The position numbers and the translations under genes were made by a program. This document shows positions 1 to 11,262 of a stretch of 64,000 bases of DNA, one piece after another. The stretch is from Tagaea sp. (GTDB lineage: Bacteria > Pseudomonadota > Alphaproteobacteria > CACIAM-22H2). The stretch spans positions 480,001 through 544,000 of the forward strand of contig CBDIIB010000003.1 in assembly GCA_965279525.1 (NCBI GenBank). Direction: 5' to 3'. The notes under the pieces are model-generated. The model made no database searches and was not told the origin of the DNA. It was given only the letters and a program-made list of their open reading frames with translations. How positions within the stretch are numbered: the first letter of the stretch is position 1; each line of letters starts with the position of its first letter.

Positions 1-1
1 C

Positions 2-205
2 GTCTGCGAGATGCCGTCCCGGGCCCTCGATATCGCCCGAGCGCAGCCGGGGATATCGTGCGGACTGGTGGGCGGCGTATTGGTCGCACGGCTCCTCGAT
101 TCCGACGTGCCGGCGCTCCGGGAGCGATATGTGGGCCTCTGGCTGGCGCTGCGGACCGGCCTGTTCGGGCTGCCGGCGTCCCTGTCCCGCCTGTGGCACG
201 TGTGA
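2..205 (+). CDS. ureD: Urease accessory protein UreD, 3' part (5' end outside window)
   Basis: C-terminus LVARLL...LPASLSRLWHV resembles UreD ends; lies directly upstream of ureA as in ureDABC order. Confidence 0.75.
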   Translation, partial: VCEMPSRALDIARAQPGISCGLVGGVLVARLLDSDVPALRERYVGLWLALRTGLFGLPASLSRLWHV

Positions 206-238
206 TGCTAGGATTGCGCCCGACGGAGGGGGCGACGC

Positions 239-541
239 ATGAACTTGAGTCCACGAGAGAAAGACAAGCTGCTTGTGGCGATGGCCGCGATGGTGGCACG
301 CCGCCGGCTGGAGCGGGGGGTCAAGCTCAACCATCCCGAGGCGGTGGCGCTGATCGCCGACTTCGTCGTCGAAGGCGCACGGGACGGGCGCTCGGTCGCC
401 GACCTGATGCGCGACGGGGCCAAGGTCATCACGCGCGACCAGGTGATGGACGGGATCGCCGAGATGATCCACGACATCCAGGTTGAGGCGACCTTTCCGG
501 ACGGCACGAAGCTCGTGACCGTCCACAACCCGATCCGCTGA
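239..541 (+). CDS. ureA: Urease gamma subunit
   Basis: [11 protein letters not shown]...KLNHPEA...[18 protein letters not shown]; GGAGG RBS. Confidence 0.98.
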   Translation: MNLSPREKDKLLVAMAAMVARRRLERGVKLNHPEAVALIADFVVEGARDGRSVADLMRDGAKVITRDQVMDGIAEMIHDIQVEATFPDGTKLVTVHNPIR

Positions 542-550
542 GGGAAGACG

Positions 551-874
551 ATGAAGCCCGGGGAAATTCTGGTGCGCGACGGCGAGATCGAGCTGAACAC
601 CGGCCGCCCGACCGTGAAACTGGAGATCTCGAACACCGGCGACCGGCCGATCCAGGTCGGCTCGCACTACCATTTTTTCGAGACGAACCCGGCGCTGTCG
701 TTCGACCGCAAGGCCGCCTACGGCATGCGGCTGGACATCCCCGCCGGCACGGCCGTGCGCTTCGAACCGGGACAGTCACGCAAGGTGGCACTGGTCGCCT
801 ATGGCGGTGCGCGGGTCGTGCATGGCTTCCGCGGTGCGGTAAACGGCAAGCTCAAGAAACCGGGGAAGAAGTAG
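551..874 (+). CDS. ureB: Urease beta subunit
   Basis: [17 protein letters not shown]...[15 protein letters not shown]. Confidence 0.98.
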   Translation: MKPGEILVRDGEIELNTGRPTVKLEISNTGDRPIQVGSHYHFFETNPALSFDRKAAYGMRLDIPAGTAVRFEPGQSRKVALVAYGGARVVHGFRGAVNGKLKKPGKK

Positions 875-2583
<1,709 letters not shown>

Positions 2584-2584
<1 letters not shown>

Positions 2585-3033
2585 TGCGCGCACTCGCGGT
2601 CGATCCTGCCGGGAGCTGGGACACGACGAACCGCCGCGGCATCGTCACGCTGGCGTCGGACGCGCGCCACCGCCGCCGCCTGACCCTGCGTGCCGATGAG
2701 GGATTCGAGTTCCTGCTCGATCTCGTCCATGCGGCGCACCTCAAGCACGGCGACGGCCTGGCACTGGACGACGGCTCCTATGTCGAAGTGCGGGCGGCCG
2801 ACGAGCCGGTGATGGACATCGCCTGTGCCGATCCCGCGCATCTCGCGCGCGTCGCCTGGCATGTCGGGAATCGTCATCTCGCGGTTCAGGTGTTGCCCGA
2901 TGGAACGCTGCGCTTGCTTGAGGATCATGTCATCGCCGACATGGCCGAAAAGCTCGGCGCGCGGGTCCGGCATCTGGAAGCGCCATTCGATCCTGAACCC
3001 GGCGCCTATGCGGGGGGCGGGCATGGCCACTGA
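2584..3033 (+). CDS. ureE: Urease accessory nickel chaperone UreE
   Basis: ATG overlaps ureC stop (TGATG); RHRRR, AWHVGNRH, FDPEPGAY, short His tail. Confidence 0.95.
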
Positions 3034-3709
3034 CGGTCTGCTGAAGCTGCTCGCATGGCTTTCGCCGTCGTTTCCGGTCGGCGCATTCGCCTACAGCCAC
3101 GCGCTGGAAGCCGCGATCGAAGAGGGGTTGGTGCACAACCGCATGACGCTGCAGGACTGGATCGCCGATCTGGTCGCCCATGGCTCGCCGCGCGCCGATA
3201 CGGTCCTCTTCTGCCATGTCTATCGGGCCGTCGCGGCCGGCGACGTGCCCGCGTTTCTCGACGTTGCCGAGCTTGCGTCCGCGATGCGCGGAACGGGCGA
3301 ACTGGCGCTCGAGGCGACCCAGCAGGGCGAAAGCTTCCTTCACGCGATCGGCGATGCCTGGCCTGTCGATGTGGCACCCTGGCGGGCAGCGCTTGCGAGC
3401 AGCGGCGTTCGCCCGGCCTATCCGGTCGCGGTCGCCTGTGCGGCTGCCATCGCCAATGTGCCACTTGCCGACGCCGTTCCGGCCTATCTTCACGCGTTCG
3501 CGGCCAATCTCGTATCGGCCGCGATCCGGGCCATCCCGCTCGGCCAGACCGATGGGCAACGTGCGCTTGCCGCACTCGAACCCGGCATCGCGGCGGCAGC
3601 CCTTGCCGCAATGGATCGCCCGCTCGACGAGGCTGGCAGTGCCGCCCTCGTCGTCGATACCCTCTCGTTCCGTCACGAAACCCAGTATTCGAGGATTTTC
3701 AGGTCATGA
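3023..3709 (+). CDS. ureF: Urease accessory protein UreF
   Basis: [37 protein letters not shown]. Confidence 0.96.
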   Translation: MATDGLLKLLAWLSPSFPVGAFAYSHALEAAIEEGLVHNRMTLQDWIADLVAHGSPRADTVLFCHVYRAVAAGDVPAFLDVAELASAMRGTGELALEATQQGESFLHAIGDAWPVDVAPWRAALASSGVRPAYPVAVACAAAIANVPLADAVPAYLHAFAANLVSAAIRAIPLGQTDGQRALAALEPGIAAAALAAMDRPLDEAGSAALVVDTLSFRHETQYSRIFRS

Positions 3710-4320
3710 CAGGTCCCCTGCGCGTTGGAATCGGCGGCCCCGTCGGTTCGGGAAAAACCGCACTCGTCGATGCGCTCTGCAAGCGCCTTCGCGACGTGCT
3801 CGACGTCGCGGCGATCACCAACGACATCTACACGAAGGAGGACGCCCAGTTCCTGACCCGGTCGGGCGCTCTCGATCCTTCGCGCATCATGGGCGTGGAG
3901 ACGGGCGGGTGCCCGCACACGGCGATCCGCGAGGATGCTTCCATGAATCTCGCGGCATGCGCCGAGATGACGGCGAAGTTCCCGGGCCTCGAACTGCTGT
4001 TCGTCGAATCCGGCGGCGACAATCTTGCCGCGACGTTCTCGCCCGAGCTGGCGGATCTCACGATCTACGTGATCGACGTTTCGGCCGGCGACAAGATCCC
4101 GCGCAAGGGCGGACCCGGCATCACGCGTTCGGACCTGCTCGTCATCAACAAGATCGATCTTGCCCCGCATGTGGGTGCTTCGCTCGACGTGATGGACAGG
4201 GACGCGAAGAAGATGCGCGGCGAGCGCCCGTTCGTGTTCACGAATATCCGCGGCGGCAAGGGTGTCGCCGAAATCGCCGATTTCATCGTCGCCAAGGGCG
4301 GCCTCACGCCGCGCGCCTGA
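3706..4320 (+). CDS. ureG: Urease accessory GTPase UreG
   Basis: [10 protein letters not shown]-loop, ETGGCPH, ESGGDNL, NKID; ATGA overlap with ureF. Confidence 0.98.
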   Translation: MTGPLRVGIGGPVGSGKTALVDALCKRLRDVLDVAAITNDIYTKEDAQFLTRSGALDPSRIMGVETGGCPHTAIREDASMNLAACAEMTAKFPGLELLFVESGGDNLAATFSPELADLTIYVIDVSAGDKIPRKGGPGITRSDLLVINKIDLAPHVGASLDVMDRDAKKMRGERPFVFTNIRGGKGVAEIADFIVAKGGLTPRA

Positions 4321-4332
4321 CCGGGAGCTGAC

Positions 4333-5571
4333 ATGTCCGCATCCGAAAAGATCGACGAAGCCCGGCTCTGGCAGCGCCATGTCGACATGGCGAGGCTGGG
4401 TGGTCTGCCGAAGGGCGGGGTCAACCGGCAAGCGCTGTCGGCCGAAGACGCGGCCGCCCGCCGGCTTCTTGCCGGCTGGGCCGCCGCGCGCGGTTACGAT
4501 GTCTACGGCGATCCGATCGGAAATCTCCATGTCCGGCGTGCGGGCCTTGAGAACGACGCGCCGCCGGTCCTGACCGGATCCCACATGGACAGCCAGCCGA
4601 CGGGCGGCAAGTACGACGGCATGTACGGCGTTCTCGCCGGGTTCGAGGCACTCGAAGCCCTTGACGATGCCGGCATCCGCACCAAGCGGCCGGTCCAGGT
4701 CGTCGCGTGGATGAACGAGGAGGGAAGCCGCTTCCTGCCGGGTGCCATGGGGTCGGCCGTATGGGCGGGGCACTATGAACTCGCGAAGATGCTCGACGTC
4801 GTGGATCGCGATGGCGTGCGGCTCGCCGACGCGCTCGCGCAGACGCTGGCGACGGCACCGTGCCGCGTGACGCAAGGTTTCGACCGGCGCTTCCACGCCT
4901 ATATCGAGACCCATATCGAGCAGGGTCCGAGACTGGAGGCAGAGCGGCGGACCATCGGTGTCGTCACCGGCATCCAGGGGTCGCAGCGCTATACGGTCGA
5001 CATTTTAGGGGAAGAGGCCCACGCCGGCACGACGCCGCTGCGCGTGCGCAAGGACGCGCTGAGAAGTGCCGTCGCCGTCGTGCAGGCTTTGGAGCGGCAC
5101 ATGCACGATCCCGCCGACATCGTGCGCTTCACCGTCGGCCGCTTCGAATGCCGGCCGGGTTCGCCCAATACGGTGCCGGGGCAGGTGCATTTCACGATCG
5201 ATTTCCGGCATCCGGACGCCGCACTGCTGAACCGGCTGGGCGACGCCATCGCAGGCGTGGTTGCCGCCAGCGTGGCACCGTGCACGGCGACGGTCGTGCG
5301 CGTCACCGACGTGTCCCCGACGGTCTTCGACCCGCGCATCGTGGATCTGGTCCGCGCGAAGGCTGCCGCGCTTTCGCTGCCAAACATGGACATGCCGTCG
5401 GGCGCAGGCCACGACGCGATGCATGTCGCCACGCACGGTCCGGCCGGAATGATCTTCGTGCCCTGCGAGCGCGGCGTCAGCCACAACGAAGCCGAAGCCG
5501 CGACACCCGGGGATCTGGCGGCGGGTGCGCGCGTGCTTGCTGACTGCCTCGAGGCACTCGCCAACGAATAG
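4333..5571 (+). CDS. M20-family Zn amidohydrolase (allantoate amidohydrolase / N-carbamoyl-amino-acid hydrolase family)
   Basis: GSHMDSQPTGGKYDG, NEEGSRF, ETHIEQG, HAGTTP, SGAGHDA, GVSHNEAE. Confidence 0.9.
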   Translation: MSASEKIDEARLWQRHVDMARLGGLPKGGVNRQALSAEDAAARRLLAGWAAARGYDVYGDPIGNLHVRRAGLENDAPPVLTGSHMDSQPTGGKYDGMYGVLAGFEALEALDDAGIRTKRPVQVVAWMNEEGSRFLPGAMGSAVWAGHYELAKMLDVVDRDGVRLADALAQTLATAPCRVTQGFDRRFHAYIETHIEQGPRLEAERRTIGVVTGIQGSQRYTVDILGEEAHAGTTPLRVRKDALRSAVAVVQALERHMHDPADIVRFTVGRFECRPGSPNTVPGQVHFTIDFRHPDAALLNRLGDAIAGVVAASVAPCTATVVRVTDVSPTVFDPRIVDLVRAKAAALSLPNMDMPSGAGHDAMHVATHGPAGMIFVPCERGVSHNEAEAATPGDLAAGARVLADCLEALANE

Positions 5572-5577
5572 GCCGGT

Positions 5578-6630
5578 CTAGCGCCGCTCCGTGCGGCGCG
5601 CTTCGGCGGCACCGACAAGGCGTTCGGCCGGCAGGCGGATCGTGACCGAAGCGCCGCCGCCCGGTGCCGTGCCGATGTCGAGATGGCCGCCATGCTGTTC
5701 GACATAGCGCCGGACGATCGCCAGCCCCATTCCGGAACCCGGCGTGCGCCGCAGATAGGCGTTGTCGAGATTGACGGTCGGGTCGCCGAGGCGCCGTTCG
5801 TCTGTCGGGGGAATGCCGGGCCCCTGGTCGGCGACCCAGATCACGATCGCCCCGACCGGATTGCGGCCCAGCCCGATCGTGACGGTGCTTCCGGGGGGCG
5901 TGAACTTGATCGCGTTCGAGAGCAGGTCGAGCATCGCCTTGGCGAGCTTGCGGGCGTCGGCGCGGACCATCAGCGGCTCTGCCGGGATGTCTGACGCGAG
6001 CGCCACCTTGCGCATTTCGGCGTCTGCGCGCATCAGGTCGCGCTGCGCGCGCGCCAGTGCTGCAAGATCGACGGGTGCTTCGTGCAGCCGGTCGGCCGCA
6101 CCGTCGTCGCGCGCCACTTCGAGGAGCTCCTCGACGATGCCCACCAGCAGTTCGGCGCCGGTCTGGATCGAGGCGAGATACTCGTGCTGCTTTTGCGTGA
6201 CGGCGCCGCCGATCCCGCGTTCGAGGAGTTGGGTGAAGCCGAGGATGGCATTGAGCGGCGTGCGCAGCTCGTGGCTTGCCGTCGCGATGAACACGTCCCC
6301 GGCGCGCTTGCTTTCCGGCATGTAGGGCCGCATCACGACGATGTGGCCGCCGCCGCATCGCATGGCGTCGATGCCGACGAGCCGCAGGCGGCCGGAGGCG
6401 TCGATCAGGGGCAACTCGGTCTCGCCGCCCGACGCGATCGTCGCGGCAAGTTCGGCCCGGCAGCGGTCGTCGCCGGCAAGCTCGATGAGGTCGGCCGGCG
6501 CCGGCCCGAAATCGCGTGCGAACGCGGCGTTGGCGAAAACCACGCGGTTGCCGGCACCGATCCGCACGACCGGATCGCTCACGCGTTCGGCAAGGGCATC
6601 GAGCGCGGTTTCGACGGAGATCGCGTTCAT
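5578..6630 (-). CDS. PAS-domain sensor histidine kinase (PleC/DivJ-like H-box), soluble
   Basis: SHELRTPLNAILGF, LLSNAIKFT, DQGPGI, GSGMGL; N-terminal PAS-like VVFANAAF; start taken at MNAISV. Confidence 0.88.
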   Translation of the reverse strand: MNAISVETALDALAERVSDPVVRIGAGNRVVFANAAFARDFGPAPADLIELAGDDRCRAELAATIASGGETELPLIDASGRLRLVGIDAMRCGGGHIVVMRPYMPESKRAGDVFIATASHELRTPLNAILGFTQLLERGIGGAVTQKQHEYLASIQTGAELLVGIVEELLEVARDDGAADRLHEAPVDLAALARAQRDLMRADAEMRKVALASDIPAEPLMVRADARKLAKAMLDLLSNAIKFTPPGSTVTIGLGRNPVGAIVIWVADQGPGIPPTDERRLGDPTVNLDNAYLRRTPGSGMGLAIVRRYVEQHGGHLDIGTAPGGGASVTIRLPAERLVGAAEARRTERR

Positions 6631-6757
6631 GTCGCGATCCTCGCGCAAGCCGCCGTCCGGTTTCCGATGCCTTTGAATTCTTCCATGGCCCCGCGATTCA
6701 ATCCCAGGCAGCGGTCCGGGGCAAGCGGTTCGTGGCCGGAAATACGCCCGATCCGGC

Positions 6758-7564
6758 CTATTTCTTTGCCCGGACGACAGAAATTTCGTCACGAAGATGG
6801 TGTACGATATCAACGAACGCCGGGCGGAAAGCGACTTCCGGCGTGCGCGGGCGCTCGAAATCGACCTGGTTGGTCGAAATGATCCGGCCGGGGCGCGCAC
6901 TCATCATGAAGACCCGGTCGGACAGATAGACCGCCTCGCGCAGGTCGTGCGTGATGAGGATCACCGTCGGCCGCTTCTTGATCCAGAGCGCCTGGACGAC
7001 GTCCCAGAGCTCTTCGCGGGTGAACGCGTCGAGTGCGGCGAAAGGTTCGTCGAGCAGCAGGAGTTCGGGGCTGTGGATCAGCGCACGGCACAGCGAGCCG
7101 CGCTGCTGCATGCCGCCGGAAAGCTGCCACGGGAACTTCTCTTCGAAGCCGGACAGGCCGACCGTCGCGAGCAGTTCCTTGGCGGCCGCGACGTGCTTTT
7201 CGCGGTCGCGCCGGAACGAGCTTGCATGCGGCTCCACGATCTCGAGCGGCAGCAGCACGTTGTCCATCAGCGTGCGCCAGGGAAGCATGATCGAATTCTG
7301 GAACGCCATGCCGCAGATCTTCAGCGGGCCGGTGACCTCCTCGCCGCCGACGATCACGTTGCCCGTGGTCGCGGTGTAGAGGCCCGACACCAGCTTGAGC
7401 AGTGTCGACTTGCCGCAGCCGGACGGGCCGACGACCGAGACGAACTCGCCCTTCGCGATCTTGATGTCGGCGTCCTTGAGGGCCAGCGTGTCGCCGTCCT
7501 TGGTGCGGTAGACGAGGCTGACGCGGTCGATGTCCACGAAGTCCTTGGTTCCGTTCGCAGTCAC
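6758..7564 (-). CDS. ABC transporter ATP-binding protein (NitT/TauT family)
   Basis: GPSGCGKST, LSGGMQQR, LLLDEPFAALD, ITHDLREA; GGAGG RBS before GTG. Confidence 0.93.
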   Translation of the reverse strand: MTANGTKDFVDIDRVSLVYRTKDGDTLALKDADIKIAKGEFVSVVGPSGCGKSTLLKLVSGLYTATTGNVIVGGEEVTGPLKICGMAFQNSIMLPWRTLMDNVLLPLEIVEPHASSFRRDREKHVAAAKELLATVGLSGFEEKFPWQLSGGMQQRGSLCRALIHSPELLLLDEPFAALDAFTREELWDVVQALWIKKRPTVILITHDLREAVYLSDRVFMMSARPGRIISTNQVDFERPRTPEVAFRPAFVDIVHHLRDEISVVRAKK

Positions 7565-7612
7565 GTGAATCGAGCCTCCAGCCGAATGCGGGACCTGTAT
7601 CGGGAACTAAAC

Positions 7613-7628
7613 AGCAAGCTTCGTGCCG
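7613..7628 (-). promoter_or_regulatory. Sigma54 (-24/-12) promoter of the ABC ATPase
   Basis: Minus strand CGGCACGAAGCTTGCT = GG-N10-GC, about 50 nt upstream of the start. Confidence 0.75.
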
Positions 7629-7667
7629 GGCACTCTGCCGCAGGGGACTCCACGATGGCAAGAATGC

Positions 7668-7714
7668 TGCCCAAAATGCAGGCGGAATGGCCGCGAAGCG
7701 GGCAAAATCGGGCA
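7668..7714. promoter_or_regulatory. Pair of NtrC-like enhancer sites
   Basis: TGCCCAAAATGCAGGCG (7668-7684) and GCGGGCAAAATCGGGCA (7698-7714) resemble TGC-N11-GCA sites with A-rich centres, upstream of the sigma54 promoter. Confidence 0.5.
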
Positions 7715-7772
7715 TGCTTGTGGGAATTCGGGCGGCTAACTATGGTGCGGTGCACCGTCCGGGAAGGAAAAG

Positions 7773-8126
7773 ATGGCAAAGCTCTCCACGCACGTTCTCG
7801 ACACCATGAACGGCCGGCCTGCGGCCGGCATGCGGATCGGGTTTTTCCGCATCGACGGCGACCGGGTGGAACAGGTCGGAGATTACCGGACGGACGCGGA
7901 CGGGCGGACCGACGGCAAGCTCCTCGATGCCGGGTCGTTCCGCACGGGCCGCTACGAGCTGCGCTTCCACGTCGCAGGGTATTTCCGGGCACGCGGTGTC
8001 GATCTGCCGGAGCCGGCGTTCCTCGACGTCGTGACGGTCGCGTTCGGCATCGCCGAGGCGGACGGGAACTACCACGTGCCGCTGCTCGTCAGCCCGTGGG
8101 CCTATTCCACATATCGCGGGTCCTGA
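7773..8126 (+). CDS. uraH: 5-hydroxyisourate hydrolase (transthyretin-like)
   Basis: LSTHVLDT, YHVPLL, C-terminal YSTYRGS signature. Confidence 0.96.
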   Translation: MAKLSTHVLDTMNGRPAAGMRIGFFRIDGDRVEQVGDYRTDADGRTDGKLLDAGSFRTGRYELRFHVAGYFRARGVDLPEPAFLDVVTVAFGIAEADGNYHVPLLVSPWAYSTYRGS

Positions 8127-8131
8127 TCCCG

Positions 8132-9049
8132 ATGGATTTCCTTTCGCTGCTGCAGGAATGGGCCGACCTGGTGGTGCGCTGGACGCACGTGATCACCGGC
8201 ATCGCGTGGATCGGCTCGTCGTTCTATTTCAACTGGCTGGAATCCAAATTCCGCCCGCCCGAGACGCCGCGCGAGCGCATCGAGGGCGAGGCTTGGCTCG
8301 TCCATGGCGGCGGCTTCTACCGCGTCGAGAAATTCGCGGTCGCACCACCCGTCCTGCCCAAGGAACTGCACTGGTTCAAGTGGGAGGCGGCGTTCTCGTG
8401 GATGTCGGGCATCCTGCTGCTGGCGATCGTCTATTATGTCGGCTCGGGCGGTTCGTTCCTGACGCATCCGTCGCTTGCCGGTCTCGGCACGCTGGGGGCT
8501 GCGGCCTTCTCGCTCGCGGTGATCGCCGTCTCGTGGATCGTCTACGACCGGCTGTGGAAATCGCCATGGGCCGAGGCGAACGCGTTCGCGGCGACGGCGG
8601 TGACGTTCGTGCTGCTGGTGGCGCTCGCGTGGTTCCTCACGCGCATGATGGCGCCGCACGCGGCCTATATCCATGTCGGTGCGGTGATCGGCACGATCAT
8701 GACCGCCAACGTGTGGATGATCATCATCCCCAACCAGCGCGAACTTGTGGATTCAACGCGCGAGGGGCGCCCGCCGCAGTACCGCTTCGCCAGCCAGGCG
8801 AAGTTCCGTTCGCTCCATAACAACTATTTCACGCTGCCCATCGTGTTCATCATGCTGTCGAAGAACTACGCCAGCATCTGGGGCCACGACTGGAACTGGG
8901 CGATCCTTGCCGGGCTCGCCTGCGTGGGGGCCGGTATCCGGCACGTCTTCAACCTGCGCAACAAGGGGCGCATGGGCGAGGGGTTCTGGATCATGCCGGC
9001 GGCGGCCCTTGCCATGTGCATGCTGTTCTACGTGACCTTGAAGGCCTGA
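8132..9049 (+). CDS. puuD: Urate hydroxylase PuuD-type membrane protein, short form without cytochrome c domain
   Basis: RWTHVITGIAWIGSSFYF, VHGGGFY, LHWFKWEA, RSLHNNYFTLP; follows uraH; no CxxCH. Confidence 0.85.
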   Translation: MDFLSLLQEWADLVVRWTHVITGIAWIGSSFYFNWLESKFRPPETPRERIEGEAWLVHGGGFYRVEKFAVAPPVLPKELHWFKWEAAFSWMSGILLLAIVYYVGSGGSFLTHPSLAGLGTLGAAAFSLAVIAVSWIVYDRLWKSPWAEANAFAATAVTFVLLVALAWFLTRMMAPHAAYIHVGAVIGTIMTANVWMIIIPNQRELVDSTREGRPPQYRFASQAKFRSLHNNYFTLPIVFIMLSKNYASIWGHDWNWAILAGLACVGAGIRHVFNLRNKGRMGEGFWIMPAAALAMCMLFYVTLKA

Positions 9050-9055
9050 GCGGAA

Positions 9056-9084
9056 ACGTCAGGCTGCCGTCACACAAGAGTCAC
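9056..9084 (+). promoter_or_regulatory. Pho box (PhoB site), three half-sites
   Basis: ACGTCAG-N4-CCGTCAC-N4-GAGTCAC; GTCA at 9058, 9069 and 9080 (11-bp period), upstream of phoX. Confidence 0.7.
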
Positions 9085-9153
9085 GGGCGACTGGTATCCA
9101 GCGAAAAGTCGGCATCCATCCGATGCCGGCCGAACTTCGCGGAGATGCCAGCC

Positions 9154-11184
9154 ATGACAGCCAAGGACTACGCGACCCTCGCGGCGCGACCCGAGAACGC
9201 CGGCCTGACGCTCGGAGAACTCTACGAGATTTCCGAGGACATTCCCTCCAACCCGTCCGCCAATCCGACGATCGGCGACGTGATCAATTCGCGCATGGGC
9301 CGGCGCGGCGTGCTCGGCGGCATGCTCGCGACGACGGCGATGGCGTCGATCCTCGGGCCGACGGCCGCGCGTGCGCAATCTGTCGCCGTCGGCATCCGGC
9401 CGAGCTTCGGCTTCACCGAGATCCAGCATGGCGTGGACGAACGCCACCATGTCGCACCCGGCTATGACGCCGACATCCTGCTGCGCTGGGGCGATCCGCT
9501 TTCGGCGAAGGCGCCGGCGTTCAATCCGGAGGCCCAGTCGGGCGAAGCGCAGGCCCAGCAGTTCGGCTACAACTGCGACTATGTCGGGTTCACGCCCCTT
9601 CCGCTCGGCTCGAAGAGCTCGGACCGCGGCCTGCTGTGCGTCAACCACGAGTACACCAGCCCCGAGCTCATGTTCCGCGGCGTGATGACCGCCGACGGCC
9701 GGCCCGACATGTCGAAGATGACCAAGGAGATCGTCGACATCGAGATGGCCGCGCACGGCGGCTCGGTCGTCGAGATCCGCAAGGGCGCCAACGGCAAGTG
9801 GTCCTATGTCCGCGACAGCGCGCTGAACCGGCGCATCACCGTCAACACGGTGATGACGATCGCAGGTCCGGCGGCCGGCCACGACCGGACGAAGACGGCC
9901 AGCGATCCCACGGGTCGCAGCGTGCTCGGCACGCTCAACAACTGCGCCGGCGGTATGACGCCGTGGGGTACCTACCTGATGGCCGAGGAGAATTTCCACG
10001 GCTATTTCGGCGGCAAGCTTGCCGAGGGTCACCGCGAGACGGCCAACCATCGCCGCTACGGCGTGCCGTCGGGCTGGTACAACTGGGCGGCCCATTATGG
10101 CCGCTTCGACTTGGCGCGCGAACCCAACGAGCCGAACCGCTTCGGCTGGGTCGTCGAGGTCGATCCGCACAATCCCAGATCCATGCCGGTGAAGCGCACG
10201 GCACTGGGCCGCACCAAGCATGAAGGCGCGGAGACCACCGTCGCGCGCGACGGGCGCGTGGTCGTCTATACGGGCGACGACGAGCGCTTCGAGTACGCCT
10301 ACAAGTTCGTCTCGGCCGGAAAATTCGATCCGCAGAACCGCGCTTCCAACATGAACCTGCTCGATGACGGCGTCCTGTACGTGGCCAGGTTCAACGCGGA
10401 CGGCTCGGGCGAGTGGATGCCGATGGTGTTCGGCCAGGGCGCGCTCACGGCGGCGAACGGCTTCGCGAGCCAGGCCGACGTGCTGATCGAGACACGCCGG
10501 GCGGCCGACGTCATGGGTGCCACGAAGATGGACCGCCCGGAGGACTTCGAGGCCAATCCGAAGACCGGCAAGGTCTATCTGGCGCTCACGAACAACAGCA
10601 ACCGCAAGGCCGACCAGATCGATCCGTCGAACCCGCGTGCGGAGAACAGCTGGGGCCACGTCATCGAGCTCTCGTATGCGAATGGCGACGTGACCGCGAC
10701 CCGCTTCCGTTGGGAGATGCTGGTGAAGTGCGGAAACCCCGCGCTCGCCAACGTGGGTGCCATGTACAACCCGGCGACCAGCGCCAACGGCTGGTTCGCG
10801 TGCCCCGACAACATGGCGGTCGATCCGCAGGGCCGCCTGTGGATCGGCACCGACCAGGGCGGCGGCTGGAAGGCCGCGTCCGGCACATCGGACGGGGTGT
10901 GGGCGATGGAAACGGAAGGTCCGCTGCGCGGCACGTCGCGCATGTTCTTCCGTGTTCCGGTCGGGGCTGAAGTCTGCGGCCTCTGCTTCACGCCCGACGG
11001 GCGCGCGATGACCGTGGCCGTCCAGCATCCGGGAACGGACGGCGCGAAGGACTATCCGCCGTTCGCCCGCCTGCCGACCTTCGACGATCCGCCGACGCGC
11101 TGGCCCGACTTCAGGGCCGGAATGCCTCCGCGCCCGTCGGTGGTGATCGTCACCAAGCGGGACGGCGGCACGATCGGTTCCTGA
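9154..11184 (+). CDS. phoX: Tat-exported alkaline phosphatase PhoX (DUF839)
   Basis: RRGVLGG twin-arginine; CVNHEY, NNCAGG, EENF, KMDRPED, CPDN, VQHPG motifs. Confidence 0.93.
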   Translation: MTAKDYATLAARPENAGLTLGELYEISEDIPSNPSANPTIGDVINSRMGRRGVLGGMLATTAMASILGPTAARAQSVAVGIRPSFGFTEIQHGVDERHHVAPGYDADILLRWGDPLSAKAPAFNPEAQSGEAQAQQFGYNCDYVGFTPLPLGSKSSDRGLLCVNHEYTSPELMFRGVMTADGRPDMSKMTKEIVDIEMAAHGGSVVEIRKGANGKWSYVRDSALNRRITVNTVMTIAGPAAGHDRTKTASDPTGRSVLGTLNNCAGGMTPWGTYLMAEENFHGYFGGKLAEGHRETANHRRYGVPSGWYNWAAHYGRFDLAREPNEPNRFGWVVEVDPHNPRSMPVKRTALGRTKHEGAETTVARDGRVVVYTGDDERFEYAYKFVSAGKFDPQNRASNMNLLDDGVLYVARFNADGSGEWMPMVFGQGALTAANGFASQADVLIETRRAADVMGATKMDRPEDFEANPKTGKVYLALTNNSNRKADQIDPSNPRAENSWGHVIELSYANGDVTATRFRWEMLVKCGNPALANVGAMYNPATSANGWFACPDNMAVDPQGRLWIGTDQGGGWKAASGTSDGVWAMETEGPLRGTSRMFFRVPVGAEVCGLCFTPDGRAMTVAVQHPGTDGAKDYPPFARLPTFDDPPTRWPDFRAGMPPRPSVVIVTKRDGGTIGS

Positions 11185-11193
11185 CGTTCCGGG

Positions 11194-11227
11194 ACGCCGC
11201 GAGAGGTTTCCTCTCGCGGCGTTTATT
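11194..11227 (+). terminator. Intrinsic terminator after phoX
   Basis: ACGCCGCGAGAGG-TTT-CCTCTCGCGGCGT followed by TTATT. Confidence 0.85.
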
Positions 11228-11262
11228 TGGCACATTGGCCGGATGCCTCGACATCCGAGTCC

